64,000 nt of DNA from Catajapyx aquilonaris (Eukaryota): the NCBI GenBank assembly GCA_000934665.2, contig KZ538416.1:1-64000 (forward strand), in the 5' to 3' direction. How positions within the stretch are numbered: position 1 is the first letter of the stretch; the number at the start of each line of letters is the position of its first letter. Shown piece after piece: positions 1-14,460 of the stretch. Below the pieces are notes generated by a model. That model was not told the DNA's origin. It searched no databases and saw only the letters and a program-made list of their open reading frames with translations. A program made the position numbers and the translations under genes.

Positions 1-327
1 GAGTGAGGGCTCCTCCGGTCACCACTGACGTCACCGCTACATGTGACGTATCATCCAAACGGACGGTTGGGCCAGCTGGTGGGGAGTGGGGGGGGGGAGG
101 GCAGAGGGTGTGGGGGGAAGTTGTGAGACTCCTGATTGACCGAGCAGTATGTCGGCTCTATCTCCAAAACGGCTGGAAATTTTGCGATTATGAGGAATTT
201 TGGCTTCGGTAATTATGGGGAAAGGAATCCAACGGTGTTACTCTGAGTTCTCTACGACACCGGGAAGTCCGAAATCTTTTCCATCCTATATCCTCCTCCT
301 CCTCGAAGGGGGGTGGCTTTATATATA

Positions 328-508
328 AGGTGAAGTGGGGTAAGTGCATACACGGGCCGCCATATTGGAATGAAAATGGCTGACGACACCAAAACGCGTC
401 CGGGGATGTTATGTGCAGCTACATAAAGAGTGCCTGACGCGTTTTGGTGTCGTCAGCCATTTTCATTCCAATATGGAGGCCCGTGTATGCACTTACCCCA
501 CTTCACCT
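328..508. mobile_element. Palindromic MITE with TA flanks
   Basis: Arm AGGTGAAGTGGGGTAAGTGCATACACGGGCC...GACACCAAAACGCGTC (~328-400) is near-perfectly inverted at ~436-508; TA on both sides. Confidence 0.8.
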
Positions 509-1261
509 TACTTGATATTATAGACTCTCAATGGAAGTGTTGCATTGCAAGATATGTCTGCTATATAGATATATTGTTTTAATCACCCTTTTTTGTGTCC
601 ATATTGTCGATATCGACAATGCCGAATTTAGGCATAACTTCAGCATATGACGTGACTATGTCAATTTCGCGACAATCGCATCACTTTTGCAAAATTGTCG
701 GATTGTCGACAATAATTTCTACTGTCTCTATTGATAGGATATTTATACTGTCTATCATTCACCTGGCATTATTATCTGATGGACTGGCTGAAACAACATG
801 CCGCACCTGTTATTTTACTAGTACGGGCAAAAAAAAAAGTTAAGCAACATTACTGCAGCAACATTACTGTCGCAACATTGCTGTTGGATTGATTGGTTGT
901 TTAGAGGGTATTGGGGCGCACCTGGGAACCAGAAGGGTCTAAGGTACACCTCAATACCAACCCGACTACGGGTTGACCACCACTACTTATTGGGTTGATC
1001 TTGCCTTGCTCGTCTGCGACATTTCCCTATACTACTGTAATAACGGAATTAGAGTGGTATATTTTGCAATATATTACAGAACATTATACACACAGTCACA
1101 CAATACTATATGTCCTCAGGTGTTGTGTGTGCGTGGGGGGAACGCCCGAAGCGAAAAAGAAAAAAAGAAAAAGAAACGTCACGCGTCGGCGACGACTCCA
1201 TAACATTTAGTAACTTACCTTCACAAAGCAGTAAAACTAAATCTCAACAGCTCAAATATGA

Positions 1262-1598
1262 AATAATACTGGGGTAATGTGCTTTCGCCCCCACCTGGGG
1301 GCATATCGCACGGACCTTTATATGATGAAGGTACATTTCGGCGCCTATTGATTGAAAGGCCCGGCCCACGGGCAGGATGACAGGAGGGGATGTGCAAGGT
1401 GCAGTGCAATGTCCTTGTGTGGCCATTTTTAGTGAACTCCTCCTGGTGGTTTGTCTTAACGGAAATACCACCCGAGACGAAGCCAGAGGTGACCCTGAAG
1501 CCTGCACGAGATGAAGGGGGTGTCCCCGGGCGGGATTTGATCCAGGGACCTTAACATCCGTGGGCGCGTACGTTACCGCAGCTCCACATCGCCTCCCT
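1262..1598 (-). mobile_element. tRNA-derived SINE (family C-like), approximate limits
   Basis: Minus strand starts GGGAGGCGATGTGGAGCTGCGGTAACG and has a B-box-like GGATCAAATCCC; same layout as the copies at 45872-46207 and 60505-60822. Confidence 0.5.
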
Positions 1599-2766
1599 CA
1601 TAGATATAGTTTTGATCACCTTAAACTCTTAAAGTACCGAGGAATTTACCCTAGAACTTGGTATCATTACGAAACACTGCATAGTCCACGTACGAATTAC
1701 ATCATATCGCATTTATTAAACTTCGCGTGCTGCATGCAATACATCTACGTTGAACTTGCTTCACAACGTCTGCTTTCATATGCTGGTTCTAGGTCGTCCG
1801 GTCACAGAGGGTAAATGCATCGTAGAACCGTAGTATATAGTCATGATCAGCTGTTACTTAATACCGTTGTTTCGGGTCGGGTATCGAAATATAAGTATCC
1901 TACTTGACGCACAGATCGATATCACGTAACAAGGGCCCGCATTCGCATTGTACAAAGCCAATTTACACAGCTGTCATGTGCTGATAGCATCAAATTAACC
2001 GGGCTTTGCGCGCTAATCACGCTACCAGAGATAGCCTCGAGTCGATTTAATTGATCTATCGATAGAATAATCCGTTACATTCTACATGACCACGTCGCAA
2101 ACATGTTCCACATTCTACTGCAGCAGGTTACGCAACCACCCCTGCCGGGCTACAACGAGCCAATAACCGACACAATCATGAGTGTAATCTTGCCCTGCCT
2201 TTTTTTTGAAGAACAAAGAGCCAGCTATTCATCATCCCTATATCGACTACCAATCGATACCCGACATGAATCTGGAAATACGACGAAACCCCGTCGGGGA
2301 CAGTTATAGGTCTGGAGTTCCTTCACTTCTGAATCGAAGTTAGAGTTCAACGCTCATGCGATCGACCAATTAATAATACAGCTAAAAAGGTTTCTCCTCC
2401 ATCCCCTTGATTTCTCCCCGCTTCTTGATTTTCTACCCCCTTTCAGCTCCCTGATACGTAGTTGCATCCTGTTCGAGCCTCACCCTTTGATGTGGACTGA
2501 TATCGCGTACCTGATGAATTGCGCGTCGGAACTAGGAAAACCAGTCGAAACTAGTAAAAGCTGTGAATTAGTGTCGCATTGACGTTGGCAAAAATGTTCG
2601 TGCTACACCATCGGTCGCAGGCTTGAATGTTCCAGGTATTTCAGGGTCTTCGCTGTTACAGTATTATTAGTTTTGGATTCCATTCCTCGAAGCGGCGCAT
2701 TTTTCCGATGATTAAAAAATTCTTTTTTTCCCCAGGGTATTACGTCACAAACGTTATTTTAGTGTA

Positions 2767-3036
2767 CAGTGCTGGACAATAATTCCGTCATACTGCTAGC
2801 GACATTTTCAGTTGCGGCAGATGTGCAAATCGAAGTGATAGAGTGTGAGCCGTGCGAGTAAGAAATGATAGTCCTTGGGTGACGTCACTGGCTGGGGACA
2901 AGTCTTTTCTCCATTGACCCCCAGCCGGTGACGTCACCCAATGCCTACCTCTTCTTACTCGCACAGCTCACACTCTATCACTTCGATTTGCACTTCTGCC
3001 GCACCAACAGTATGACGCGATTAATGTCAAACACTG
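2767..3036. mobile_element. Palindromic Tc1/mariner-type MITE (TA TSD)
   Basis: TA|CAGTGCTGGACA...TGTCAAACACTG|TA; long internal inverted arms (GCAAATCGAAGTGATAGAGTGTGAGC vs GCTCACACTCTATCACTTCGATTTGC); terminus related to 31574-31735. Confidence 0.75.
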
Positions 3037-5659
3037 TACCTGCTCTGTGTTTACTATTACTTGCTGAACGTTTCTCGTTAGCTACTCCGACTTATAGCAT
3101 GTATTATAGTCAGTTTATAAGGCTACTTACTGTAGAGGGGCAGCTGTGCAGAAAGGATAATCTTTCGGGCTGACAACGAATCGTAAACAATTTGAAGAGC
3201 TAATGGGATAAAGCCCACTTTGGCGGAACTTAGAGCTCTAATGCGTGTCTATTGTTATGGAAGCACTTTCATTAGTTGAGTAATTGGCTATCGTTTTCAA
3301 ATCTTCTTAGGACTAAACTCCATGATGTTTATCACGAGATACTGGGTCCTTTGTTAATATTAGCCTACTTATAGATTATGCACGTGCTGTCCTTCATGCA
3401 AGGTGACTCCGTCTAGTCATTGATGTTATGACTGTATATAAAAGTTTCTTTCATCGTGTAGAACTGAATAGGCTTCCAGGTGGAGTGATGTATATCTGCA
3501 CCAATTTCTCGGCAAGAAAAATTCAATAGGGGATTATATGGAAATATTAATACGCAATATTGACTGTAATGAATTTGAGCCGTTTTCTTTCCTGTAGTTA
3601 TGAAAAATGATCAAACAAGATATCATTATTAGCATATTGGTAAATCTCCTCTTGATGGTCATAAAATTGTTCATCCCTTTAAATATTATACAATACGCAC
3701 GAGAAAGCTTGTGAAATATATCATATTTTTGCCTTCATATGTTTCATCATACTGGTGCATAGCTAATACTAACACTGTTTTTTGATTGCATAAAAATGCA
3801 TTGCTCTCCAACAAGAGACACATTTTTGGATTCCCTGACCTATATTTGCAAAATCGTTGGTGGAATGTCTGAAACTGTCCAGTAGGATGTCAAAAGTGGA
3901 AATGAGAATCTCAAAACATCAAGGGACAAACAATGCACGACACACCATTTCAAAGAATGCAGGATATAATTGCAACTTTTTAAAACCCGAATTCCACTAC
4001 CAAAAGGTTACAAAAGAAAAGGAATCTGGATGGAACTTTGAGGAGATTCAGGAAAAATGTTGTGAAAACCAAGAGACAGAAGCAAGAGATTCGCTATAGG
4101 TATGACTGACAAGTTCCCTCTGAACGAGGTCGCCATAGAATTATATAGAACAATACTAGGGTTTACAGCCTTTCATCACAGCATAGCGTAAACTGAAAAG
4201 ATACCAATTAATTATCAGTTAAAATGATAAATAATAATTCGGGTCAAAGACCGTTACACGACAGGGCTATAAGTAGCCACTATACATTTTGCATTGAAAT
4301 TTCTCTGAGGTAAATTAATATTCCAGAAACTTGAGTACTACCGACGCCACAGTTGGGCTCTCTCACAAAATTAATGAGTTCCTAGAATCTGATAAACTGG
4401 TTTTCAATAAGCGTGGAGCGTGTATAACTCGTGGTGGGCAATAATCCCATTTTGAATAGCTTATTCCAGCAATGAATATCCCCATTCCCACAGATGTATT
4501 TACAACTCTCCTTACCATTGAAAGGCCATGCTACATACATTGAATGAGATCAAGACGTGAAAAGCAATGCATAGGGTTATGTTGACCTCACGGGGTTAAC
4601 AACCAGAGAGAATATCATCAGCCTTGAGGTGGACTATACGGCATTCAACATTAATAATTATGCCCATAACTCGCTTTTTGACATATTTTTGTTTTACGAC
4701 CCGACAGCGACAGTTGATGACTCAGATTTTCCAGAAATTTATTATGTCACAGGTGATAAAACAGTATAAGGTGTGATGATCTCATCTTAACATAATTTTT
4801 ATTTGTATTCACGTAAACGGTGACCTTATAACAGGGATAACAAAATATGTCAAGGAGAGTCGAGTCTATTTTAAGACTGCAATGAAAGTTTGTCTATTAC
4901 GTCTATTACCATGGCAACTTAGCCTATTCCGAGGACATGCCAACATCAGTTACTCGGAAGCTGCTACCTGTCGACTTAGCTCCTTTGTGATTGGTTAAAA
5001 CCATAAGGTACCATGGCAACAGCCCTACTTTCATTTCAGTCTTCAAGGTTCCCGACCTCAAATAAATTCTCCAATGAAAAGAAAATCTATCCTGAACCTT
5101 TGCAAAAATATTCCATTTTCCAGGGACTGAATCAGCTTTTCTGTAGTAGTATAAGGGCAGCAAGTAGGGCCTGTAGTGATTGACATCTCGTATTATAGTA
5201 TAACACACCAATACTGAAAATAGGTCATGGTGTGATCCCTGCTGGGAAGTCAGGAGCGAAGGAAAAGTACATATATGTTCTGTAGTTCTACTAGCCATAG
5301 AGTCCTTTATCTATCTTCATCATTAATTAATTAAGATCTCCCAATGTAAGTTACATGTTATTTACACATTCTGGAATATTTTAGATACGTTTAGAGTATG
5401 GTATGTCTGCCATATTTTCTGTATGGTGTAACCACTTAGCTACCAAAGCGGTGAAGCGATCAATGTGTGATGTTATAAAGTAGTTAATCTGACGACTCTT
5501 CACCTTTCTACTTTAGTGCAAGATAATATTGGCAACCTTGCTGATCACATGATTTTAATCAACAAATGAAGAGCAGCAATAAGATTACTTGCAGCAGCCA
5601 GCAGAACTGCCTAAATTGTATCATGTGACCAGCCGTGGTACCAAGAGCTGGTGGTACCA

Positions 5660-6009
5660 ATAATCTAACCTTTAACCCCTTTGACGGCGGAGTTTTTGGC
5701 AGGTTTTTGGGCCGTTTTTTTTCCTTTTTGCCCAAAATTCGATGTAGGAGTGGTATTAATGAATAACAACTTCGCGCCAAAATGAATCATTTTAATTCGT
5801 AGTGGTCCTTTGAATGTCCTTAAATGTCGGAAGAAATTCATCTGCAGGGTGAAATAATTTTTAAAGAATAGTCTGGCTCTCAGGACGTCGATAGGCCTAA
5901 CAAGTTTACTCAGTCACTATACATTGTTATTATGGTTACATATTAATATTACAACAACATTGTACTATGAGAAACTCCCAAGGGTCCAGGCTTTACGGGA
6001 CACCCTGTA
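5660..6009. mobile_element. Partial Tc1/mariner-like non-autonomous element; second copy at ~23145-23470
   Basis: Shared sequence TCGTAGTGGTCCTTTGAATGT...CACTATA..TTGTTA..ATGAGAAA...TTACGG.ACACCCTGT at both sites; CACCCTGTA end. Confidence 0.55.
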
Positions 6010-9000
6010 CTGAGGGAGCATGTTTACATAAACGATCGCTCGGGAGCAACACGACCTTGGCATGTAGCCTACCGGTACGACTCAACTTTGCGGAAGCAGG
6101 AGGGATTCTGGGAATGCTATGGTAGTTGAGTCACCATCCAAGAGATGGCAGGGGCATATTGAACCGCATTTGGAACCGCAAAGTTCTCATTCTCTAGCAC
6201 ATCCTAGCGCGCCAAATTCAAAAAAGCTCATGACATCATATGATGCACGTAGGCCGCAAATGGTTAAGAAGAGAACCTTCAATAATATTACTACACGAAA
6301 CTTCTCTACAATGATCTTGCAGCAGGCCTTCATTTTTAAGGTATGAATAATGTTACGACAAATTATACCCAATATAAAAATGGAAATACTGCTAATATGC
6401 TACGCCGGCAGAGAGTTCCGTAATGACACTAACAAGGTTACAAGACGGTGTTCCTAGGCACCGGAATATTACTTCTCTATGCGTAGGTGTCACATCGTCT
6501 CCACTGCCTCATTACTGAGAAAATTATCATTAATTAAAGCACTCATAATACTATCCGCTACATCCCGGATACCGCCTACGACATCTCTATCACCTCAGCA
6601 ACTACCGGTACCTCCTTAACTTAATGATCTCTCAATGCAAACTACGCCTTCACTTTAATCCTCATCCCATATCGTTTCAGTTGGGAGGCCTTAAATTACT
6701 CACCCTTCAGCCCCGATCCTGCACCCAGTGCTTTCAGTCGTGTCTCTGAATAAATAAATAAAATATTTGGTGAGAAGAAACGTCTTATCGGAAAAGGAGG
6801 TGAAAGGAGGTACTATGTAAGTACTTCCCACAAGCATGGGATGAAAAAAAAAATGTCTTCCGCAGGGAAAAGTGCAACTGAAAAATACTGTACTATTCAG
6901 ATGAGCAAAACTAAAAACACATTTGTACTGCACATTCATTGCAATTAAAGTGAAGATTTGCATAACAGCCCACGTCTTTGGTGTAGTCGGTATGCGAGGC
7001 ACGCCTACCACATCCAGCCTGAAATGAGAAGCATCAGTCGAGACCCCAGGTACACTAACTGTACCGTCTCGTCCATCAATAATGCATTCACCTTTTTTTT
7101 AAAAAAAAAATGTCAACATTCATGACACGTGCTGGATTATCATCACATGTTATTTCTTCTCTGTTCCCTCCATGTGCTACAAGTCAGGTTGTCCCAATAC
7201 TGCAAAAAGCCTCCGCAGCAGTTGGTGCCGCATCGATCCCACCCACCCACCCACCCACACGCTACACCCACACACTCCGCCATTTTCACACCCACGCACA
7301 CTCACTACAGCCCACGTTGATCTCCCTGTACCGTTGTTGAAACGTCAAAATATCCCCGAGGCCTCTTCCCACCTTATGCAATTACATCATGGCCATCCTG
7401 AGGACATATGCTAATCCCATGGCTCAAGTGATACTCAGTCAGTTTCAGGGTCGAACGTGACAACTGTTGGCTAAAGTTGCTCGGTATTTGTGGGCTTCCA
7501 AAGCGCTTTATGGAGTTAGAAAGGGACGGACGGAGTCGAATTTATCCAGAATTTTAAGCAGGCTCATTTTCAACTGATGCGTACATAATGCGCGTTACAT
7601 GCAACATGGCGTTGTTCCTCGAACAACTGAATAGTGGTCCTTTGTCTTGTCTCGCAAATCACTCTCGAAGTATCTGCAAGTCTCTGATAATAGACTTGGC
7701 TTGGAAAGTATGGACTTAGGCTCACTTGTTGAACTTTGTCCTGTATAGAGGTGATGCGATATTAATATGCAAATGAAGGTAATTCCGCACAATCGCTCAG
7801 TTTGCGCAGTGAAATGAAGCGCGTCAATGAGTTTTGTTTGCACAAGCTCTGCGCTTTTATAGAGAGAAGCCGGGAAAAAAAAATTTATGCGAAAAAAAAT
7901 ACAACCCACGCAGTCTGTTTGATGTTACGAAGCGAGTTTTTAGGCTTTTTTTCTTAAATAATTTATTCCTCTTTCCGGTTGCTCTTAATGTAAGGCTGTT
8001 ACCTAGGAGTGAATATACGTAGGTCTTTTTCTGGCCTGATTTTTTCCTTGCTTTCATTTCCTTTTCCCGAGTCCCTGAGAGGATTTGCTGAACTGAACAG
8101 AATGCTGGAAGCCGCCAAAACCAATTTCCTTCAAGTCTCAACGGAAACTGATGAAGAATGGAAAATGTCTCTGGTCTGAAAGTCAAAGGGAAAATTCAAA
8201 ATCTGTGGGATTTTTGCCTCCCTCATGCGTTAGGCAGGAAAAGCAAAGCTTATTCTGCCAATCTAAAGAGTATTCCATTTTGGCACGCAATTACAGAATC
8301 CGTAAAAAGGAGCAGTTAATTAACGGTACAAAAGCAGGTGCGTTAAAGTTTCCGCACAAATTATGGTAGAACTTTATTTGATGCAGCCATCCGGAGTTGA
8401 CAGGGTATCAAGTGTGCTGAATATGAAACTAGAAAATAACAGAAAGGTTCTTGATCCTTTCCATGAGATTGAAAGGAAAATGCATATAGCTATGCATAAT
8501 AATAAAATCAGGTTGTGGCTTGAACAAGCAAGGAACGATGAAAATGGATGCTTTTTGAGGAACCGGAAAATCTGATTCGCCAGTATTGTGTGGGTGTAAT
8601 GCTATGCAATTCCCAGAAGGTACAAGTGGTGCTTGCAACGTAAAATATTTAATCATTCAGTTCTGCCAGTACCTTGTTTTGTGAGATGTCACGTTTTAAA
8701 TTCCCTGTCACGCCTGTGACGAGTCCAGGATAACATTTTCCGCTTTCCTTCCCTAAACGTTAAAGTGAACTTTTTGACGGTCCGTGAGTTTTGTAGCTCA
8801 GAACTTTTTATCACCAATTCACATTTTGGCCGTACGTGACCGGAGCGGCAATGACTGTTTACTGCGACACTGACGAGTGTAAATGTCACTCTCCAACGTC
8901 CACCAGGGTGGAATTGCTCGTAGCAGCATAATACCTTCAGTTATTTGTTTTTTTTATCAGGCAGGGATATGGGTCCCACTCGCATGAGTGTCATGTGGAT

Positions 9001-11493
9001 ATATGGCACGCAGTTTATTATTTTAAATGATGAAAGCAAATTGCATCTTAGCTACGCGACTTGGTTCAGATCGTTTATTACTTGGAAACACTGTAGCTAT
9101 ACCGTGTCTGACGATAGTGCTAAAAAAACCTTTGCGTGTTGTGACGCAATAATTTTATGTACAAATTACTGCCCACGTAATTGGTATCGTGTGTTATCAT
9201 AATATACTGGCGGCTTATTCTGGAGAGCCGTATATATATAACCTCCTCTGACTGCGCCATGAAACATTTATGTGATTAATGACGACTACTTCAAGCCGTA
9301 AAACACTGTCATTAATTTGTAGTAATTACACACTCGTCTAGATTAATGCCATTAAGAATCCAGTCATTGGAAAAACTATAATAAGACTAATTTTGATTTA
9401 AAAATATATACGGTGTATCAGATCGGACGTGGTGGGAAGTTGACTGACGGACACACCCACGCATCCATTCCTTACTGGCACAATGTATTTTTCCACTTTT
9501 ATCGTCCGATATGGAAGGGCAGAGCGTGGGTTGTGAACTGTAGTCGACAGAATATTGGCTAGAAAATATTAGTCCATGCACCTTTTCACAATTCGTCTTC
9601 TCAGGAGTATACTGTAGACATCGTGGGTAGCATGAAAATGCATCCTATACGGCGAGGGTCAACAAGCTCATTTTAAAAATGGCATTTGGCGTGGTCATTA
9701 CTCATCCCCCCGCTCCGTTGGGAAAAATGCTCTGATGCAGATTATATACATTAAAGAAACACGGCAATGAAGATTTTTACTGGTTAAACCTACGTACTGT
9801 ACATATGTTTGGTTTTAAAAATTCAACTAATTATTGTTACTAATTTAGAAAGTAAGACAATATAAATGGATGATATTATCATCCTTATATTATTTTATGC
9901 TATTCTGATATGTATATGTCATATAATATATATTTTAATACATGTATAATATAATAGTATAATAATTAATTAATTAATATAATAATTAATATAATATACT
10001 GCAATATGATCTCTGCAGCGTCTGTACAGACATTTCCGAAGGTTCTTGTCGGCTCTTGTTTACTCTAAAGTCTAGAGAAGTATAAGGGAATCCAACCTTT
10101 TCCTGAAACATATGGCGACAATCCTGTTACATGCAGATATTATTTGAAACTTTGAAAGTTTCCTTTTAAGTTGTGTTACTGTTTGCGAAGCTGATGTTTT
10201 TAATCCTTCAAAAATGTTCTTACAGCATACTTTTGCTCACTAAAACTTACGGCCTTAATATTATTAAATGAATCTGGTTCTCTGCTTCGCTCTGATGCTC
10301 ATAAGTATTTGAGGCGGAAAACCAAACCCAATCATTGCGCGTTGTGTGTCTGTTAGTCAGCTGAGATCATATGTTTCCTTACAGATGAAGACCTGAGATC
10401 CAGAATGAAAGTCTCACTGGAGTGATTACGAGACGAGATTTTGCGGTTATCCTTTTTGTGATAATATTTTCTTCAAGTTCTCAATTGGATTCTCGTTACT
10501 CGTGTGACCGAGCTGATTTCCGTACCATTCGACTACCACCTATGTCTACAAACAAGTCGAATATCTGTCAGATCATGCGATCGCTTACCTCTTCCTACCC
10601 AGCCTGCATTGCAGCACCATGATATAAGCCCGAACATTTCTGTAATCCAGGCCAGTCGCCCAGAGCATACCTTGGTGGCTGGTCAGACCGTGAGGTCTTC
10701 CTTCCTGTACTTTCCCTAACCTCAGCTATCCTATAGTCTTTCCATCTTTGATTGGTCGAATAAAAGTCGTTCTGGTTTACCCACTGCACATTCTTCAAGT
10801 GATCCCAACCGCTCGGGGTCACACTCGTAACATAAAACTGACATGAATATCAGAACTGAGTAGCTACTACTCTAGGGCTACTACACAATATCCATCTCAT
10901 TTTTACTATTGGACTGAATATTGTGCATTTCAGTCATGTTTTTGTTTACAAGTTAGCTGTACACCACTGTATACTGTAGAATGAAACCGGAATAACAAGT
11001 AATTATGAATAAATTATTTGGTATTATCTTCCGAAATCTCAGACGAAAAAGATTTCAGAAAAATAATAATTTCATAACCCATTTATGATACTTCGAGAAT
11101 TTTGGGGGAATATACCAGAAGTTGAGTATTATTGCAGACTCGAATACTTTTATATTGCGTAACATGTTGTAGGCTATACCTTCAGCATGTTTGTAACAGT
11201 CATACACAATTTTTATTGTCATTGCACACATTATACATCATTTTTGAATAATGTTGGTTGCCGTAATTCCAGACTAAAACCGAAGCGACCTAGCTTAGTG
11301 GTTAGACTTTGGGGGGCGACCATTTGGAAAATTATGAGTGAAAATCCCGGTGCCGACCTGCATCATCCTTGACTGAGGCTTTCAATGTGTTTCCTCCCGG
11401 TTAAATCCAGGATAATTCCAGGATGGTTTCGTTCACAGAATGACCACTGTCTCTTCTGTCCTTCTCTTTTCGAGTGTGGTACGAAATGTACAG

Positions 11494-11925
11494 TAGCGTA
11501 CATTAGGACAACAGAAGCTAGATCTGATGGTCCTGGAAGGCTGAGTCTTACTGACGTCCACTCCTCTGCTAATGATGGTTGGTTGATTGGTTCGTGGAAA
11601 TCAGGCGGTATGCCTCCAATGCTCCAAAGAGTCTTTAGTCGCCGTAATATGTAATCATGAAGACGCAACTAATAACACGCGGAAGGGATGTGTGTTATTA
11701 GTGTTTATTAGTGTTATTAGTGTGTTCCGTGTGTTATTAGTTGCGTCTTCATGATTACATATTACGGCGACTAAATACTCTTTGGAGGCATACAGCCAGA
11801 TTTCCACGAACCAATCAACCAACCATCATTAGCAGAGGAATAGAACAAAGCAAATGGAGAGGAATGGAAGTCAGTAAGACGCAGCCTTCCGGGACCAGCT
11901 TCTGTTGTCCTGATAATGTGGCTAA
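11494..11925. mobile_element. Long foldback (palindromic) element
   Basis: ~180-bp inverted arms (e.g. GTCGCCGTAATATGTAATCATGAAGACGCAACTAATAACAC vs its reverse complement at ~11731-11771) around a (GTGTTATTA)n core. Confidence 0.75.
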
Positions 11926-14380
11926 CTCAAGAGCGTGACAATCATTTCGGCTTTAATTCCATCAAAATTTAATGCCACTGTGAGACTCCATTTGTAGCCT
12001 GGCCACACTAACACACACTATTCTGTGTAACACCATGCACATGCCCCACGAATGAATGTCCTGTCATGCCTCAGTGAGCCACCTTCTCGTCATCCTGTCC
12101 TGTTATGCAACCCCACCTTTGTATCACACAAAGTATAACATGCAGGCGCTAGGGGAATGTTCGTAATAAGGATTCAAGGCCATAATGTATCACAGATTTT
12201 AAAATATTTAAAATATTTCAAATGTTCCATTCCACTGATCCCTGCTTAATTTTTCTATTTCATGACTTCGATCTCTACGGTGCTGTGAGCTTGAACACCT
12301 CTCTTCCTGTATATTGAATCCTCACATCTCGTGTGACTATTGCTGGCGACAGGTTGTTTATTTTAAAACTATAGTTGTTGAGATAAACTATATCCACAAT
12401 TTCTTCCCCTACCATCCATTGGAACTGGTAACTTGGGCATTACACCACCCTGTACATTAACCCTTGAATCACATTATTGACTAGACGCGACTAGGACCGC
12501 GCTTTGAAGGTGAACACCCTATCAACTACAATTAGATTAACCTATAGTAGACACCCTCATAAAATCACTTCTCGTTGAATGTTAAGCCAGAACCTAAGCA
12601 ACATTACCATACCACCATGCCATTCTTCCAGTCCATATCATATGTATAAACCACACAATTGTTTGGACCATGACTCCATGAGGAAATGAGTTTATTTCCG
12701 CTTGTTAGAACATAACGCGCAAAAGCTCTTGCGGATTGATGTAGGTGGGATTCTCATGTGTATACACATACACAATTCCTCGTGCATCAAATGTACAGTA
12801 CTTCGCTATATACCCTAGTCGCCCACGCCTACATACTGCATGGAGTGTATACTCTACAGTACCTATAGCTTGAAATCCAGCCTACCGCACCGGCAACATG
12901 CCCCGACCTTGAACTCAGCAAACCCGGTGGAACGTGCTTGAACTTGTACTCTAGCCCTAGGCCTACAGTAGGCGTCTATATCCCTTTGAATCTCCCATTA
13001 CATTCAACATCTGCCAACAAGGAATATTGGCACAACGCAGTTTCTCAGCTACGTGACACCACCTACGTCATACTTCTACTTAAAAAAAAAAAACACGACT
13101 CTGAATGTCTGAAAGGACCTAATCAATCCGCGGAAGCACTTTTTCAACCACGGATGATGGAAGAGTCGCCTTCACTTTCTAAGAAGATCAGACGTCTTCT
13201 TTGGTCCTGTCCTTCTTTCTCTTTCTCTGCAAAATAAGGCTCTAGACTGAAGCACAGGGAAATTAGGGAATTAGGAAGTAAACACCCTCGGAATGAGGAA
13301 GGGAAAAAGCAAGCTTGATTTGTACACTTGACGGCTCAGAACCCACCCCATCTGTCTAGCCTATATAACGTATCCAACCCACCCACCCACCATATCCGCC
13401 CACCCACTTACACCCACGTCTTCGAACTTTGCAGTCTCCAGAGACACTATTGATCAGAGCTAGGGCGGGGACTATCCTGTACTGTGCAGGGGGTCCGCGA
13501 CTAGCTTATTTCGAGTGTATTCTTATATTTTATAGAGACCTAATGAAGATGAACTGGCTTACTACCGGGAATTGGAGATTTTGTGCTATGGAAGTGAATT
13601 TCCTGGCTCATAGTCAGCTGGATGGGATTCTGATAAAATGTTTTCAGACAAAGTCGACTCTTTGAGCGATGTGAGAATTGGAGGATATTTGGGAAGATTG
13701 ACTCGACAGTATTTTGCACTATACTCTCATCGAGGTTCTTATTTGAATTGGAAGTAGTGCTGAAGATGTGCAGAGTCTAGCGGTTAGGTGTTGAGGTTGC
13801 CATTCGGGAAGTCCGTCTGTTGTGTTCAAATCCAGCTGCTGACCATAATGAGGTGAAGCTTTTTGTGTGTTTTGCCCGGTGCGCGGTGCTAGTAATTCCT
13901 GTCGGGATTTTTCTTTTCAGGAATTACCACGGCTTTCCTATTGTTCTCCTGTTACAAAGGGACTCTTACAGGAATCTCTTTCTTTTCCGACAGCCACAAT
14001 GTTAGTGGAAGTTGTTCGTAATGAAAAAACAAAAGTAACGATGAAAAAGTAATGTGCCTCAATATAATGTATTAAGGTAGTGTGAAAAAACTATTTCAAA
14101 TTCTGAATTTTGCAATTTTTCCACTTTGAAATCATAACTTAAGGCGCCAACGATCGAAAATTAATTTTACATTGTCGAGAAATTGCAGATTGTGACTAAT
14201 ATCTCGAGACGCCAATGGTTCATTAACACTGGAACTAATGATGTTAATATTCCGAACCAATCATATCTCCCCATTTGAACCCGTGTAACCGCGGTGTTGG
14301 AAAATAATTTATTTCCTTAATCATACGGCACAGTATATGTTTTAGTGGCCCATACCCAGCATTCAAAATCGAGGGTCATC

Positions 14381-14460
14381 ACGTTAGATAATATATATCT
14401 TAATTTTCAAGCAATGGTATACCATTGCTTGAAGATTAAGATATAAATTATCTATAACGT
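14381..14460. repeat. Near-perfect loopless hairpin
   Basis: TAGATAATATATATCTTAATTTTCAAGCAATGGTA|TACCATTGCTTGAAGATTAAGATATAAATTATCTA. Confidence 0.8.

Noticed and set aside
3300..4700. Possible highly decayed LINE (RT/RNase H-like hints)
   Set aside because: No motif clear enough to support by eye; needs TBLASTX.
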